DNA of 53,614 nucleotides, filler included, from Sphacelaria rigidula (taxonomy: Eukaryota), in assembly GCA_964200075.2 (NCBI GenBank). It is 3 parts of 3 records of this genome, joined end to end, with 100 filler letters (N's around TTAATTAATTAA, not from the genome) between each part and the next. Parts side by side here need not be neighbours in the genome. Positions count along the whole stretch, not along the records: positions 1 to 17,806 come from CAXNAA020000988.1; 2 more parts are not named here. One strand, 5' to 3'. Position numbers and translations under genes: made by a program. Positions 1 to 11,785 of this stretch are shown here, piece after piece. Under the pieces are notes generated by a model. It was not told the DNA's origin. It worked only from the letters and a program-made list of their open reading frames with translations, and made no database searches. Position 1 is the first letter of the stretch. Every line of letters begins with the position of its first letter.

Positions 1-23
1 TGAAAACTTCTGACGCTGACTAC

Positions 24-93
24 TATATATTGACCACCCGACGCGTCGACATATTTAGCGGGCAATATATGTTACATACTGTATTGTCCAGGG
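24..93. mobile_element. Right end of a CCCTGGACAATA-family element
   Basis: TATATATTGACCACCCGACGCGTCGACATATT...TGTATTGTCCAGGG is near-identical to 43661-43736. Confidence 0.8.
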
Positions 94-1379
94 TGTGAAA
101 CATTCACTGATCCCATCGCGATGAGAAAATATATCAAGGCGATGATAAACTTTGCCCGGAAATCTTGACGGACACCACGGTGTTCTGTATTACGAAGTCA
201 AGACCCCCAGACCCTACAGTCAAATTTGGTGGTTGTAGGGAGTGGTATCCAGGGAATACTACTGTGCTACCCCTAACGGACGAGTTTATGTTCCAATATG
301 ACGCGTGGTGTGCTGGTGTATCAAGTTCCATTATCAGCTGCACGTGGTGAACCCCCCAGCCAGAACCCCACCCCCCGCCACCGCCGGACCCCCCCCCCCA
401 GCGCCCCCCCCCCCCCACCNNNNNNNNNNCTTCAGGACGGGTTTTTGTTCCGCGTTGGCGCGGGGGGGTCTGGTGTCTCCACTTCCCTTTTCTACTTCCC
501 CCGGGGAACCCCCCCCCCCCCCCCCCCCCCCCCTTGAATGCCCTTCCTGACGAAGTTGATCCCAACCGATAACCTCCACTTTTTCCGTTTCTCCGCCAAA
601 ATACACAATTGAATGCCCCCAAGCACCAAGGGCTGGCTACCTATGTGTACGTAGCTTAAAGCCGAGGAGTTCCGATGTATACTACTACGTGCAGGGGAGA
701 GGTGCGGACTTTGATGACAATCTGGCGCGAGTTTGAAACTATCAAACTATCAGCGTTTCACCGGTTTCCACCGCTCACTGGAGCATGGAATTACCCCATG
801 CCCAGCATTCCACTTGATTCAGTGTGGAGTTGGACCATCTTTCATGGCAGTCACTAATCTAGATTATGCAGATCGGGGGGAGAAAAATGGGGGAACGCAT
901 TTTATGGACCCCGATCTGGGCCAAATCGGGGTGTCCCGAATTCAGAACGGTTTTTGAAAAATGGGGAGCAAGCTGAGGCCCCCTGAATTTTGAGGTGGAG
1001 TACGTGAATTTACGTACAGTGGAGCAATACGATTCGTTTGATTCTTTTTGCAACCGCAGCAGAAGACAGTCTGCGCCAGCTGCTGATGGTGTTTCGCACG
1101 GGGTTTGACAAGCGGATAATAAGTGTCCACGCCGTGCCCTGCGGCGATGGTAATATTTGATGCTGCACTGCGCTGATATACGTACCACTATAACGAACGG
1201 TACTGTGCTATCCTAGTCTGTTGTCGCTGTGCAGGGTGATGTATGGCACTGCAATGCTGAACTCTTCGCGCGCACTGTTTGTTCACTGTTCTCGCCCTAC
1301 CGACTGTGCCATGATGTACTAGCGCACGGCATTATCATACTACTGTAATGGTGGAGTGTCCTGCACGGTATTACCCTAG

Positions 1380-2030
1380 GGTACCACGGTACGACGCTGA
1401 ACTCGAAGGATTTATTCACCGCCTGCCTACTCTTCGGCTTCATGCACAAGTGCTTGATACCACACTCATGAAGAAAATGGCTGTACAAAACTGTTTTGAA
1501 AACTCGTGATACTATAAAACGTTCCCCCCGATATTGAAGAAGTCGGGTCTCGAAAAAATCGAGACTCGCTGCCATAAAAGACAGAGTCACTGTAAATGAC
1601 TCGATTCGAGTCTCGCATACAATTACTTAGTTATAGTGTGTTCAAAAACTACTTGGGTCCAGCGTAGTAAATAACCCACATAGCCATGTTTCCGTGAGAT
1701 TGAGAGTACTGTAGAGCGTTGAGTGAGAGTGGGTTTGATCGTTCGCTTGAACTTGACCAATTTCTCATTTCGTGTGTGCTTTTCTTCGCCTGTAACACTG
1801 GCGTGTGCTTACGGCTACGCATCGATATCCTATTCAAGGATATCAATGGCTTCAATGGAAAGAAACTTCAGGAAGCATATCGGGCCTCATCGAGGGGCAT
1901 TTAGGAACTGAAACTGTTCATTCAGCAATTGACCGATTTTCAGTCTCAATCGTATCCTCTACTACTCTTAATTTCACGAAAACGCTCTTACACTTGGTTT
2001 GATACCATGATCCCACAGTGAAGCAAGCAG
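1380..2030 (+). pseudogene. Possible decayed hAT (DUF659-type) transposase fragment
   Basis: Frameshifted or stopped pieces EGFIHRLPTLRLHAQVLDTT, TLACAY/IDILFKDI and YTWFDTM resemble the CAAHxxDLxLxDI and TRF motifs of hAT transposases. Confidence 0.35.
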
Positions 2031-2421
2031 ATGGTGTACGATACGATGTGAAGGGGTCAACGGGTCACATATCGAAAAAAATGAGCAGAAAGGTCTACTT
2101 TTTTACTTGTGTTTACATTTTCAATATCCAAAAGTTGCATACTACGGGGTGATACGAGCACTCAGATTTCCGGTAGTAGAGACGAACCACCTACAACAGA
2201 CACTACGTTTCACGATTGTTGGATTTTATCTTTGAAAAAAGTAGCCGCTACTACTGTCACGGGAACCTGGAGATCATGTGAACGTGAAACTTCCGGTTCC
2301 GGGACCACAAATAAATGCTGTTGTCGAAAGTACCAATGCCCAAGTATCTACGGAGAAACAAGAGAGAGCAGTAGATCTTCCATGATGAGGAGCGATTACA
2401 CTAAGTGGCAGTGTTTGGACT

Positions 2422-3308
2422 TGTGTGCGTGTGTTGTCGTGGCATCTATTCTGGACGCCGGTCTACACCTTTCGGTATATGTGGGCGCACCAGCCGGGGT
2501 CACACGCGAGGAAGGTCAACACAGGAGCTTCTTCTGCTTTATTTGTTTTCAGTACTCCACCTTCCTTCTGCGGTGCTTGCTTTCTTATTTTTTATCGCGA
2601 GAGGCGTTCAGCAGTCTCTTTCCCTCGTCGTCCGTTAAGTCGAATTTTGTGTACGCACGACATGGTCGCTCTCCCCTGTTGGGCATGGTGTGAGAAAAAA
2701 TCCTAGATCGCTTGAGAGTGCCCAAAAAAAAATCCTCCGAGATCCTATGTACTCCCTCCCCCCCCCCTTCCGGCGGTCGTAGGATATATATATATATATA
2801 TATTTTTTTTTCACATCAAGGAACACTCGAAAAATGGCCATTTTAGGGCGACTTGGGTGAGGCAGCGCCCATGACTGTTGGCCCTATCTGCAACCACAAC
2901 TTGGACGCGAATTGGCGGTGCAGATAGATGCGTTTAGCTTGATTGAGCAAGCATTGCAGAGCATTGTGGTATTCGTCTGGTCCTTTTGTCGTGGAAGTGT
3001 GATGTGCAATGTATTGTCGAAACTCATGAAAATAACTTGGCCTTGGCTCCGAAGGTATGCAAAGAATTAAAGCTTCATAAAAATGAATTCTTATTCTTCA
3101 TATACTTTTAATTCTTCAAGTTTTTTATCCATGTATGAGATTTAGTAACCCCCGCCCCCCACCCCCCCGAAAACACTCAAGATTATAAAAAAATCGGCAT
3201 GGGGCCTCGCATTTTGGGGGGGGGGGCACTCCTGGATCACTCGGAGAATTGAACCCACGACCCAACCGTCAGCAGGTTTCGAAGTTACAACTGAGCCACC
3301 GGGGCGAC
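2422..3308 (-). mobile_element. tRNA-derived SINE (family A), interrupted by a MITE
   Basis: Homologous to 14202-14564 and 33910-34300. tRNA-like head on the minus strand, CA-rich tail, and flanking direct repeat TTGGAC (2415-2420 and 3309-3314). Confidence 0.8.
2713..3232. mobile_element. MITE nested in SINE
   Basis: Terminal inverted repeats GAGTGCCC...GGGCACTC; degenerate 9-bp target duplication TAGATCGCT/TGGATCACT. The SINE sequence resumes after it. Confidence 0.7.
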
Positions 3309-4443
3309 TTGGACAGGTGAAATTCCCTCTGTGGTCAGCATATGGCATATATTTTCAGTACCGTCGTTATTCGCAGCAACACAGAAGATGTGGATCATAG
3401 GAGGTGACACCAAGGATCATGACTGTTTGGTAAAATCTTTTGAGACCAGGGTTGGGCGAAGGTATGATGCCCGTCAACACGGAAGCTTGGCAAACATTTC
3501 AACCGGGACTCTATGTGGTTGGATGACGACCTTTACTTCATCTTCGACCCATAAATGTCCGTTTCTACTAGGCGCGGTAACCTACACGAACAATTGTTTT
3601 CATCATATATGCCGGGCCTTCGATACCCCAGGTGACCGTGACGGTATGATGTAAAGAGCTCAAGAAAACAGAGTCACCGTACCACCGGCGAGGCACTGTG
3701 TGTTCCCTGACCACCCGGCTCACGGCCAATCTTTGCTATACATATCAAGACGGAAAAAAAGCGCCGCTTTAGAGTACCTTCGGCGACAGGTCTACGAGAC
3801 CCGACCTTCGGCAGCGTACGTCACCTTATCGTAGAATCCTCCTGCAGTACGTGTTCATGCATGTTATTTGTATTCATGATGTTCCGTTGTGCGTCCTTGC
3901 TCGTTTGGCTATCCATTCGCATGCCCGCGCACATAGTCGCACGGTTTCAAAGCCTTTGATCCAAACAACTGTTTTGAGTTATCATCTCGTCTTCTCTAGT
4001 GCAACAACGCCCAGCCGTCATTGCGTCAATAGTAGTTTGCTGCCTGCGTCATGACAACAGCTGTTGTGCTACAACGGTACATGGTGTACTCGCTGGTACA
4101 GTCTAATCCTCCGTGATGTTTCTAAATTGTTTGTAAGGCTCATCGATGCATACTGTACTGCAGATTCCCCGCGCCAACCGGGGGGGAGGGGGGTGAGCAG
4201 GCGACCAAACACAAAAAAAAGCCCAGCGCCAGGTATGTGTGCCAGTTACCTTTGCCGACAACGAAACATATTCCCCCCCCTTCTCGACCATGATCTAACT
4301 CTATTCTTACAAGCACTTTGCCTACTGCATTCTTCAAAAACCTTGCGCGGGGCACTGCAAAACCCGTTGGAATTCAAGCTAGCGCGGCGTAGCAAGCGTC
4401 ACCGACAACTGCAGCTAAGCGTCCCTCTCCCACTCCTTCCGGG

Positions 4444-7400
4444 CTAGTAGCACTGTACCCAGTACCCGCCGTCGGCACCTCCCCCCGCCGGACCCCGCTG
4501 TCCTTGTACGTGTGGCCGGGGTTGCTGCTGCTGCACCTGAGCGGTAAAGGGATAGTCACCCCCCGCAGCACCCCCTCCCGGTGGCCCATTAGCCTCAACA
4601 CCCATCTCTCCTGCCCCCGGACTCCCGTCAGCTGCACCGCGTGAAAAATCACCCGGGGGTGTTCGTCCTGGTTGGCCGCCATACCCGCCGCCAACATTGA
4701 AGCCACCCCCCCCCCCCCCCCCCCCCCCACCCCCACCCCCACCCCCACCCGCTCCCTGCGCGCCCGGGTAAAATCCAGGGTGAGATACTCTATTCGCGTC
4801 GCGGCCACCATAGCCACCATCTCCGGCGCCATAGCCTCCCCCCCCCGGCGCGGATCCACTTCGTTGATGCCCCGGATATCTGCCACCCGCGCCTGCTGCC
4901 CCCGCACCCGGGGCGCCGGGTCCTCGAGGGTCTGATTGCGGGTTTCCTCTGTATCCTGCTGGACCGGGTCCTTGCCATGACCGTTGGTCCGGCCCGCGCC
5001 CATCTCCCTGTCCGCCAGATCCGTCGTAGTAGTCGTGAGGCTGCCCGTAGGGACCAGCAACACCATTCGGGTCGCCTTCTAGTGCATCGGCCATGCTGAC
5101 GAGAGCGGCGGCGTTCGGGGGAGGTTCGGGGAGAGGCGGAAGATCAGTACAGGGTGGTTGAGAGCGCTACAGCCTCCAAATTCCCTCATTTTCAACGATG
5201 CCGAGTGATCATTCATAATAACACTAGCGCGAAGAGGTGTGAGAAGGACAGGAACGCAGATTCAAACGCTGCAATCTTCAAGGCATACTTTACATGTACA
5301 GTGCTTTCACGCCACGCCCACTGTATGGACCAGATCTACACCCAAGCTCTACGCAAGAAACGACAGTGCAAGAGGTAAAAATGTCAGTGCCATGGAGGCC
5401 AAGCATGAGCAAGTGCACGAAAAGTACTTCATACCGGCTCGTCACGGTTCCCACGGTGCTCTTGATCTTGTAACCAGCCCCCACCGCCGCTGAGAGGGGC
5501 CGAAAGTCGCGAGCAATTTGGCAAGACAGGGACATTATTGGTACATGTAATCCCTTGCAACTCGTGTCACGAGCGGACTCCCACACTATCATTAGACGTA
5601 TCGTCGGTCAACGGGCGCCATACCCAAATAAAGCTGAGGATTTGCCACATTTTCACAGTTTTCAAAAGTCAAGTACACACGAATATCGTTGCATTTGAGC
5701 AGAAAAAACAGCGATTGGCTACCGTGCTTCTCCCGACATGAGCGGTATCGACAATATATCTGATATGTACCCAAGGCCCCGTTACACACCCGGGGATATC
5801 ACCGTCTTGACCCAAAGCTCCCGTCAACACTGTCATCACGTAATGGTCCACATCTGCGGTCGATACCTTCCTCCACGTGGTTCAAGAACAGGAATATAAC
5901 TTGTCAACGTGCCACCTTCGGTCTCGAAGGGCCGCCAGTGGCTGCAGACTCTGGAGGAACCGTTCAGAACATGAAAAAAATCACCCCGAAAAAGTAGTCG
6001 AAAGCAAAATGCAAGCAACATCGCGGGTGCAACCCCAGAGGTTGTCGAAGACGCCTCACCATCCGCCGCGCGCTCCTTTACGTCGTGGAGCGCAGCTCGA
6101 GTTTTCCCCGTGCTCACCAAAATACGCGCCCAGCCCCTCTTGACAAGTTGTACTCCCTGCTCGAGTGATCCCCCAAAAGAAGCGGTGCACGGGCAAGCCG
6201 ACGGCTGATATGATAGGTTCGGCGTCCCGGGCAGCAGCACCCCCCGTGAACGCATGCTGGGGACCGAATATGGCATGACATCGTGAGGTACGATTTGCTA
6301 CATGTGCCAAGACTCGCCCGGGACCTTTGCATCCAACCACATTCGCATACAATCAAAGCGTCTCTTCAACCACTCGCACTCCCCGCTTGTTTTTGCCAAA
6401 GTATGTCTGAAGGCGAGCACCTTTCACACTCGCAGTGCCAGAAGTGTGGTTCTTGAGCTACGCAAGCTCCTCCGTCAAGCAGATTTTACGGCTCGGGTTT
6501 GTTCATAACAGTCCATTTCGCAAGGGGATTCGAAAGCTTACCTGATCCCTCACCTCCGACATGCTGCCAGGCGCGCGGCCGTTATGGCGAACCAGTGCGC
6601 GGGATCCGACTGGGAAGCTGCCGTACTCATCCATCGCCTGACGAGCAAATACGTTTCAAACGACAGCAGTATCAACCGATGGGACGGGAATCACAAGGCA
6701 TTTGGAGCACGAGGATCAGTGACTTGGAGCTGAATAATCGGTAAATGCCTTCGGCAAAGACAGCACAGAGAAAGATGCTTGCGTGGGTGAAGTAGACGCC
6801 AAACGCATCCTTCTCCGGCAAGATAGCTGCGCAATATTTTCCACAAAAAATACTCCCTTCTGCGGCTAAAAGCTAATTCCCAACAGATGAAGTGAAGAGT
6901 GATACTTGGCCATCCGTTAAAATACCGACTCAAGCACACGTCCGACCCGATATTCAACTACATGTACACCTCAAAGACGTACAAATACAGCAAATGATAC
7001 GCTATTTTGCTTCCGTACATTTCGTCGCGATGCCCACTGATCCCGCCCCGGTGAGCCCTGGTAGTATCCACCGTCACGCCCATAGTAACCCTCTCGTCCT
7101 TCGTCTTGCCCCCTGCTCCCCATCCCCGGCTGCTCCTGCTCAGAGTATCGCCCATTCTCCCAATCGGGGGAAGTCCCGTATCCTCTGCCGTCAGGCCCTT
7201 GAGACGACGGTGGTCGCCAACTAGCGCGCCCATCACCGTGGCTTCCGTCCATCCTCGGCGATGATTGCCCGCCTTGCCAGTCCTGCGGCGGCGGCGCATC
7301 CCGTTGGGCCCCGTGTTTTTCAAGCCCCGGGTGTTGGCGTGGCCCTCCGTAGGCACCACCAGACTCCCGCTGTCCGGGGTCGGCATACCAACGCTGTGGG

Positions 7401-10400
7401 TCATTGGGGTTGGACCGTTCGTACGGCGGCATTGCCTGCTGCTGTTGTTGCTGGATTGGGGGTACGCGGTCGTAAGAGCCTTGAGGAGACTCCTGGGGCT
7501 GGTGATGGTGCGGCGGCGGCGGCTGCTGTTGCTGGGGATAAGAGGCCGGGTGAGGAGTTGGCAGCACTTGCTCCTGATCGCCCCAGCCAGCCAAGCCGGC
7601 CTCGCCCACGGGCGCCGTCCCGTCAACAGCACGAGCATGAGAGCCCGCACGAGGAGTAGCACTCGCGCCCGCACCTACCTGCTGCTCTTGATCAAGACGG
7701 CTTTGTATCTGAGCTTGGTGCGTACCACCGCCCGACCACGGGTCGGCGGCGGACCTCGAAGGGCCACCACCACTGCCTTCGCCGTGCCCTTGCTCCAAGA
7801 CTTGCCCGCGCGCTGCCGCTGCCGCCGTGTCCCAACTTCCACCTGCCGGATGAGCTCTTGCCCCCGTACCTCCACCCTGATCCCTGCTGTCTACGGCTGG
7901 TTGACTCTTGCCCCATAGTTGTGAACTGGGGGCGACAGGGGAACCACCATCGTCTGCACCCGAAAATTGCTCTTGTTGTCCATGGCCCACTCCCCATATC
8001 GGCGGCGGTTGTGTATCTTTGTCGGCTGGAGGTTGTTGCGGTGGCTGTTGCGGAGGGGCTTGTCGCCCCACATCCACGCCCCAGCTGGGTGGTCGGTCGC
8101 CAGTAGCCGTGGACGGCTCTACTTCTCGACCTTGGCTCTGCTGTAGTGGCCCGCGAGATGTACGAGTGCTAGCGACGTTGCTTCCGCCTTCGTCTCCCTC
8201 CCCGCCCCCGCCTGCGGGCAACGCGGCGCCACCCCATGGCTGGAACTCAGGCGAGTCTAGTGCGGGACGTTGCTGTTGCTGTTGTTGCGACGAAGGCTCA
8301 AATGGGGGGTTAGTAGACGGGGTGGTCTGCCAACGCGGATCTAAGTTCGTTCCAGCCTGAGGCTGTGGGAGAGACCGTGGCGAGGAGGACGAATCGGGCG
8401 TCTCGGCTGCCAAGGGTGCCTTTTGGTTCCACGGTGCCGAGGGATAAGAATCACGAGCAGCGTTGTTCACTTGCGGTTGCTCCAACATCCGTCCTCCCGC
8501 TGTGGCGCCGGCATCGTTACCGGGGTGATTGGCTGCGCCTCCCCCCCCAGTTGTCCGCGCGCCGATGCCTTCGGTTCCTCTAGTGTCCATTTCCCGCTCA
8601 GCGTCCGACATCTCAGACTGCGAAGGGCCCGTAAAAGACATGGAAGACAACCATCAACGGAATGCCGAGTGCTGGCAGCGTGTAGGTGCACCAGATTGCA
8701 ATATTGAGTTTGATGTTGGTCTATCAACCCCCTTCAAAGCCAGTTCGCACTTTCACCACACAACACGAGCTCGTGAAGCACTGCATGCAAGACAGCAGCG
8801 CTACACCTCATGGACCACACGGAGCCAAGGATAACCGCAAAAAACTATAAAAAAACTCACCTCACCCGCCTGCGGAGTATCTTCCCCACCCCTACCCCCA
8901 TCCCCATTTCCACCTGCTCCACCGCCTGACCTCCCCCGCATCTCTCCGTCAGCTCCCGAATGCACCTCGCGCTGGCCACCCTCTGCATCGTCCACCACTG
9001 CCTCTGGCTCTGGCGCCGGCCGCTGCCACTGCACGGCGCCCGTTGGATAAAACACGTAGTACGGTCGGCCGTCTCCGGTTCGCAGCTCCCCCCAGCCTCG
9101 GGGCAGCGGCGGGGGTTCATCCGCGGCGGCGGCGGCGGCAGCAGCAGCTCCGGTGTCGGGGTTTTCGGGTGTAGCCGGCACGGATGCTGCTGATTGCTGA
9201 TGTAGGCGTTTGTACTCGGCTTCTTGGTGTTGTTGATACGATTGGTGGCGGTGCTGATGTTAGCGAAAGCGGACCATGGCGGTCGTTGGTGAAAGGTGAA
9301 TCGCCGTCAACATGGGTCGGCCGCGAAGGTGGATAGGAGGAGAAAATATGGAGTGAGACGAAAGTGTGAGATATGGTTGAGAGGACGTACTGTATATACA
9401 TTGTGGATGATGGATGCAGCAGGTCAGCGAGACGTTACATCTCTTTTTCCGTCGTGTGGTTGAAAATTGTGAAGCAGAGACAGGAAGGGGCACCCTAGAG
9501 TTTTGGTCGTATATGCCTTCTGGACGACCTGGGTTCACTGCTTAGGCGGGGTTTGATCAGAAGTAATGATCACCTGCCCGAGAACAGTCGGGGGAAGCAA
9601 GGTGGAACACAAATATCACTTGAAAAAAATCACTCTTGTAAAATAAGACCGATGATTGGTTGCTGTGATACCACCCCCCCAAAAAAAGTGCCGAAAAATC
9701 AATTCCGTAAAAGTGATTTTGTGACACCTCGAACGGGAATATAAAAAGTCTCGTTGACAGGGGCATCACCGAAGGCTTGACAGATAAGCCAACACAATCA
9801 AACGTGAGCCTGAGGATTGCATTGCCCTCGCAAACCAAAACGTATCGCTCCGTTCATTCCTGCTCATCAGCTGAGCATGGTCTGCGTGACCTTGCTCAAC
9901 TCGGTTCAGAATTCAATGAGTTATGATGATTTGCGTGAGACGCGCGCACAGCACACGGTCACAGTCAGCAACGGCACGTTTTCGGTTGCTATGTGACACG
10001 CACGCGGCCGCCTCTTATCCAATACTGGACGGATTTCCGTCGAACAAAGACTGCCGTGTGTGGATGAATAGGAGCTAGCGCTTGAGCTAATGCGCGTGAG
10101 TGGTGTGTCTGTGCGTGGGTTTTCGTGGCTCGATGTGTCAGCGCTGTGCTACCTCGTTGCATCTTTTCCGCAGTAGTACAGCAATACTGGACTGACTGCC
10201 ACTTCCGAAACCGCCGCATTTTTGTACCTGGGCTTCGATCTGGACAAAACTGGTTGTCGAGAATACTCAGCACAGGTCGTTGTGGGAGCAATCACTTCCC
10301 CAAAAGTGATTTTTTGAAAAGTGATGATCATTTTCGATAAGAGCCCGCCTCACCTGTCCCGGAGCATACATTTTCTCAGAAATTCAAGTCTAAAATCGAG

Positions 10401-11434
10401 TAGTCATGTTGTCAACCATAGATACACAACCAAAACTCTAGGTCTACTGGGTGGTGAACAGAATGGAGAGATGTACGATGTTCATGGGTTTCCTGGGGGT
10501 ACATCACGCCGCACACACGAGGCACGACTACAAGCCACTTCTATCGGATAAGGTGCACCGTGCTGACAGCGCACATGTGATCAAATCCGCCTGAGATCCA
10601 TAACAAATATGATGGAGAGGCCCCGCCCCCCAAGTTCCCCGATGCTTAATCAGTATGTCGGACAACAGTTGAAGCTGCAACATCGTTCAAATCAACGCAC
10701 TCCTCGACGGGTAATGGTACTGCATCAACGCACTGGGCTGTACCAAGTATTCATCACGGCACCATGACTTCGTACTGGTATCGAATCGGGTGTCACCCGA
10801 GATTTATGGCGGGGTACGAGTCGCACCGTAAAACTCAAGAGTTACGTACAGCACCCATCGCGGTACCTATGTAAGACACCGGATTCAACAACATTGTAAC
10901 TGCAGGTCATCAGACATCCGCTGGATCAGTATAATATTGAAGTCCCGAAGCTTACAACACAGAACAGTGCACCATCCCGTGGTCTTCGTAATCTCGTGAG
11001 AGAACTTGAACTACAGAGATGGGACCCCCGGAACCGCATGTGAAGTAGGTGCATGACGTCAAATCATACAATGGAAGAACACACCGTACGGTAGATCCCT
11101 ATACCCATGCCCATGTACGTGACATAAGCCGAAAATGGTAGGATAAAACAGAGCATACTGCCAATTTCCCCGTAAACTTGGCCTCCTGCTAGCCGAATGT
11201 CATCGATCCACTATACCAGCAGCGACTACCCCATCACCGCACTGTGCAGTGTGTCACTGTACCATCTGTACACTTCACCTGGCTTGCAGGGTGTTGCTGT
11301 GAAGTAGTCTGCGATGGAGCTCCCATATACGGGGCGCCCCCACCTGATTGCAGCGCTCGAACGGCCTCGAAAAGTGCAAACGCCACAAGATAGAATGTTT
11401 GCACATACACGCTCTTTCTTTTCCTACCAGTCAT
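4444..11434 (-). CDS. Multi-exon gene: signal-peptide-like N-terminus, WW domain, long Gly/Gln/Pro/Tyr-rich low-complexity region (3' end uncertain)
   Basis: Phase-compatible GT-AG exons: 11434-11279 (MTGRKRKSVYVQTFYLVAFALFEAVRALQ...), 9253-8861 (WW motif LPRGWGELRTGDGRPYYVFYPTGAVQWQRP), 8617-7019, 6637-6542, 6156-6060, 5489-5435, 5095-~4444. The last exon may instead splice at ~4478 to a further exon near 4356-4310. Confidence 0.75.
9545..10349. mobile_element. MITE (PIF/Harbinger-like) in intron 1 of the WW gene
   Basis: Inverted termini GGCGGG...AATGATCA and TGATCATT...CCCGCC, subterminal ATCACT/AGTGAT motifs, 3-bp flanks TTA/TCA. Confidence 0.65.
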
Positions 11435-11785
11435 GGTTCCCCCCTGCTGTAAGCACACAGCGCCGCCACTTTTGCGGAGCTGCTCGCTCAACACACCCAA
11501 CACGTGTCACGCTATGAAATGACAAGTTTATTTTAGGAGGCAATGTTGGAACATAACAATTTTGAAAGAGCTTCATCGTCCGGCAGCTTTTTTAAACGCA
11601 CCCTTTTGAACACACCATTCAAAAGTGGCGGACGTTGCCCCACAGACTATCTGCTCTCTGGAGCGGTGCACTGATTGCTTTGGTCCACCCGCGCGGTGCA
11701 CCCCCGAAAACTTGCCAGTCCGGTCGACGGCGATAAAGAGGGAAGATACTAAAACGCATTTTTGCAATTCAAAATTAGAGTGGAT
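11435..11785. promoter_or_regulatory. Putative bidirectional promoter
   Basis: 351 bp between the divergent predicted start codons of the WW and WD40 genes. Confidence 0.5.

Noticed and set aside
134..860. Gly/Pro-rich ORFs and short protein-like pieces
   Set aside because: Dominated by poly-C/G tracts and an N gap; no assignable homology.
2109..2706. Recurring ORFs containing LDAGLHLSVYVGAPAGVT (also 14106, 17058, 33788)
   Set aside because: Antisense translation of SINE family A, not a gene family.
6958..8834. Multiple long alternative-frame and antisense ORFs
   Set aside because: Shadow ORFs of the GC-rich WW-gene exon.
10350..11230. Possible decayed retroelement coding sequence in WW intron 1
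   Set aside because: No RT, integrase or RNase H motif could be identified.
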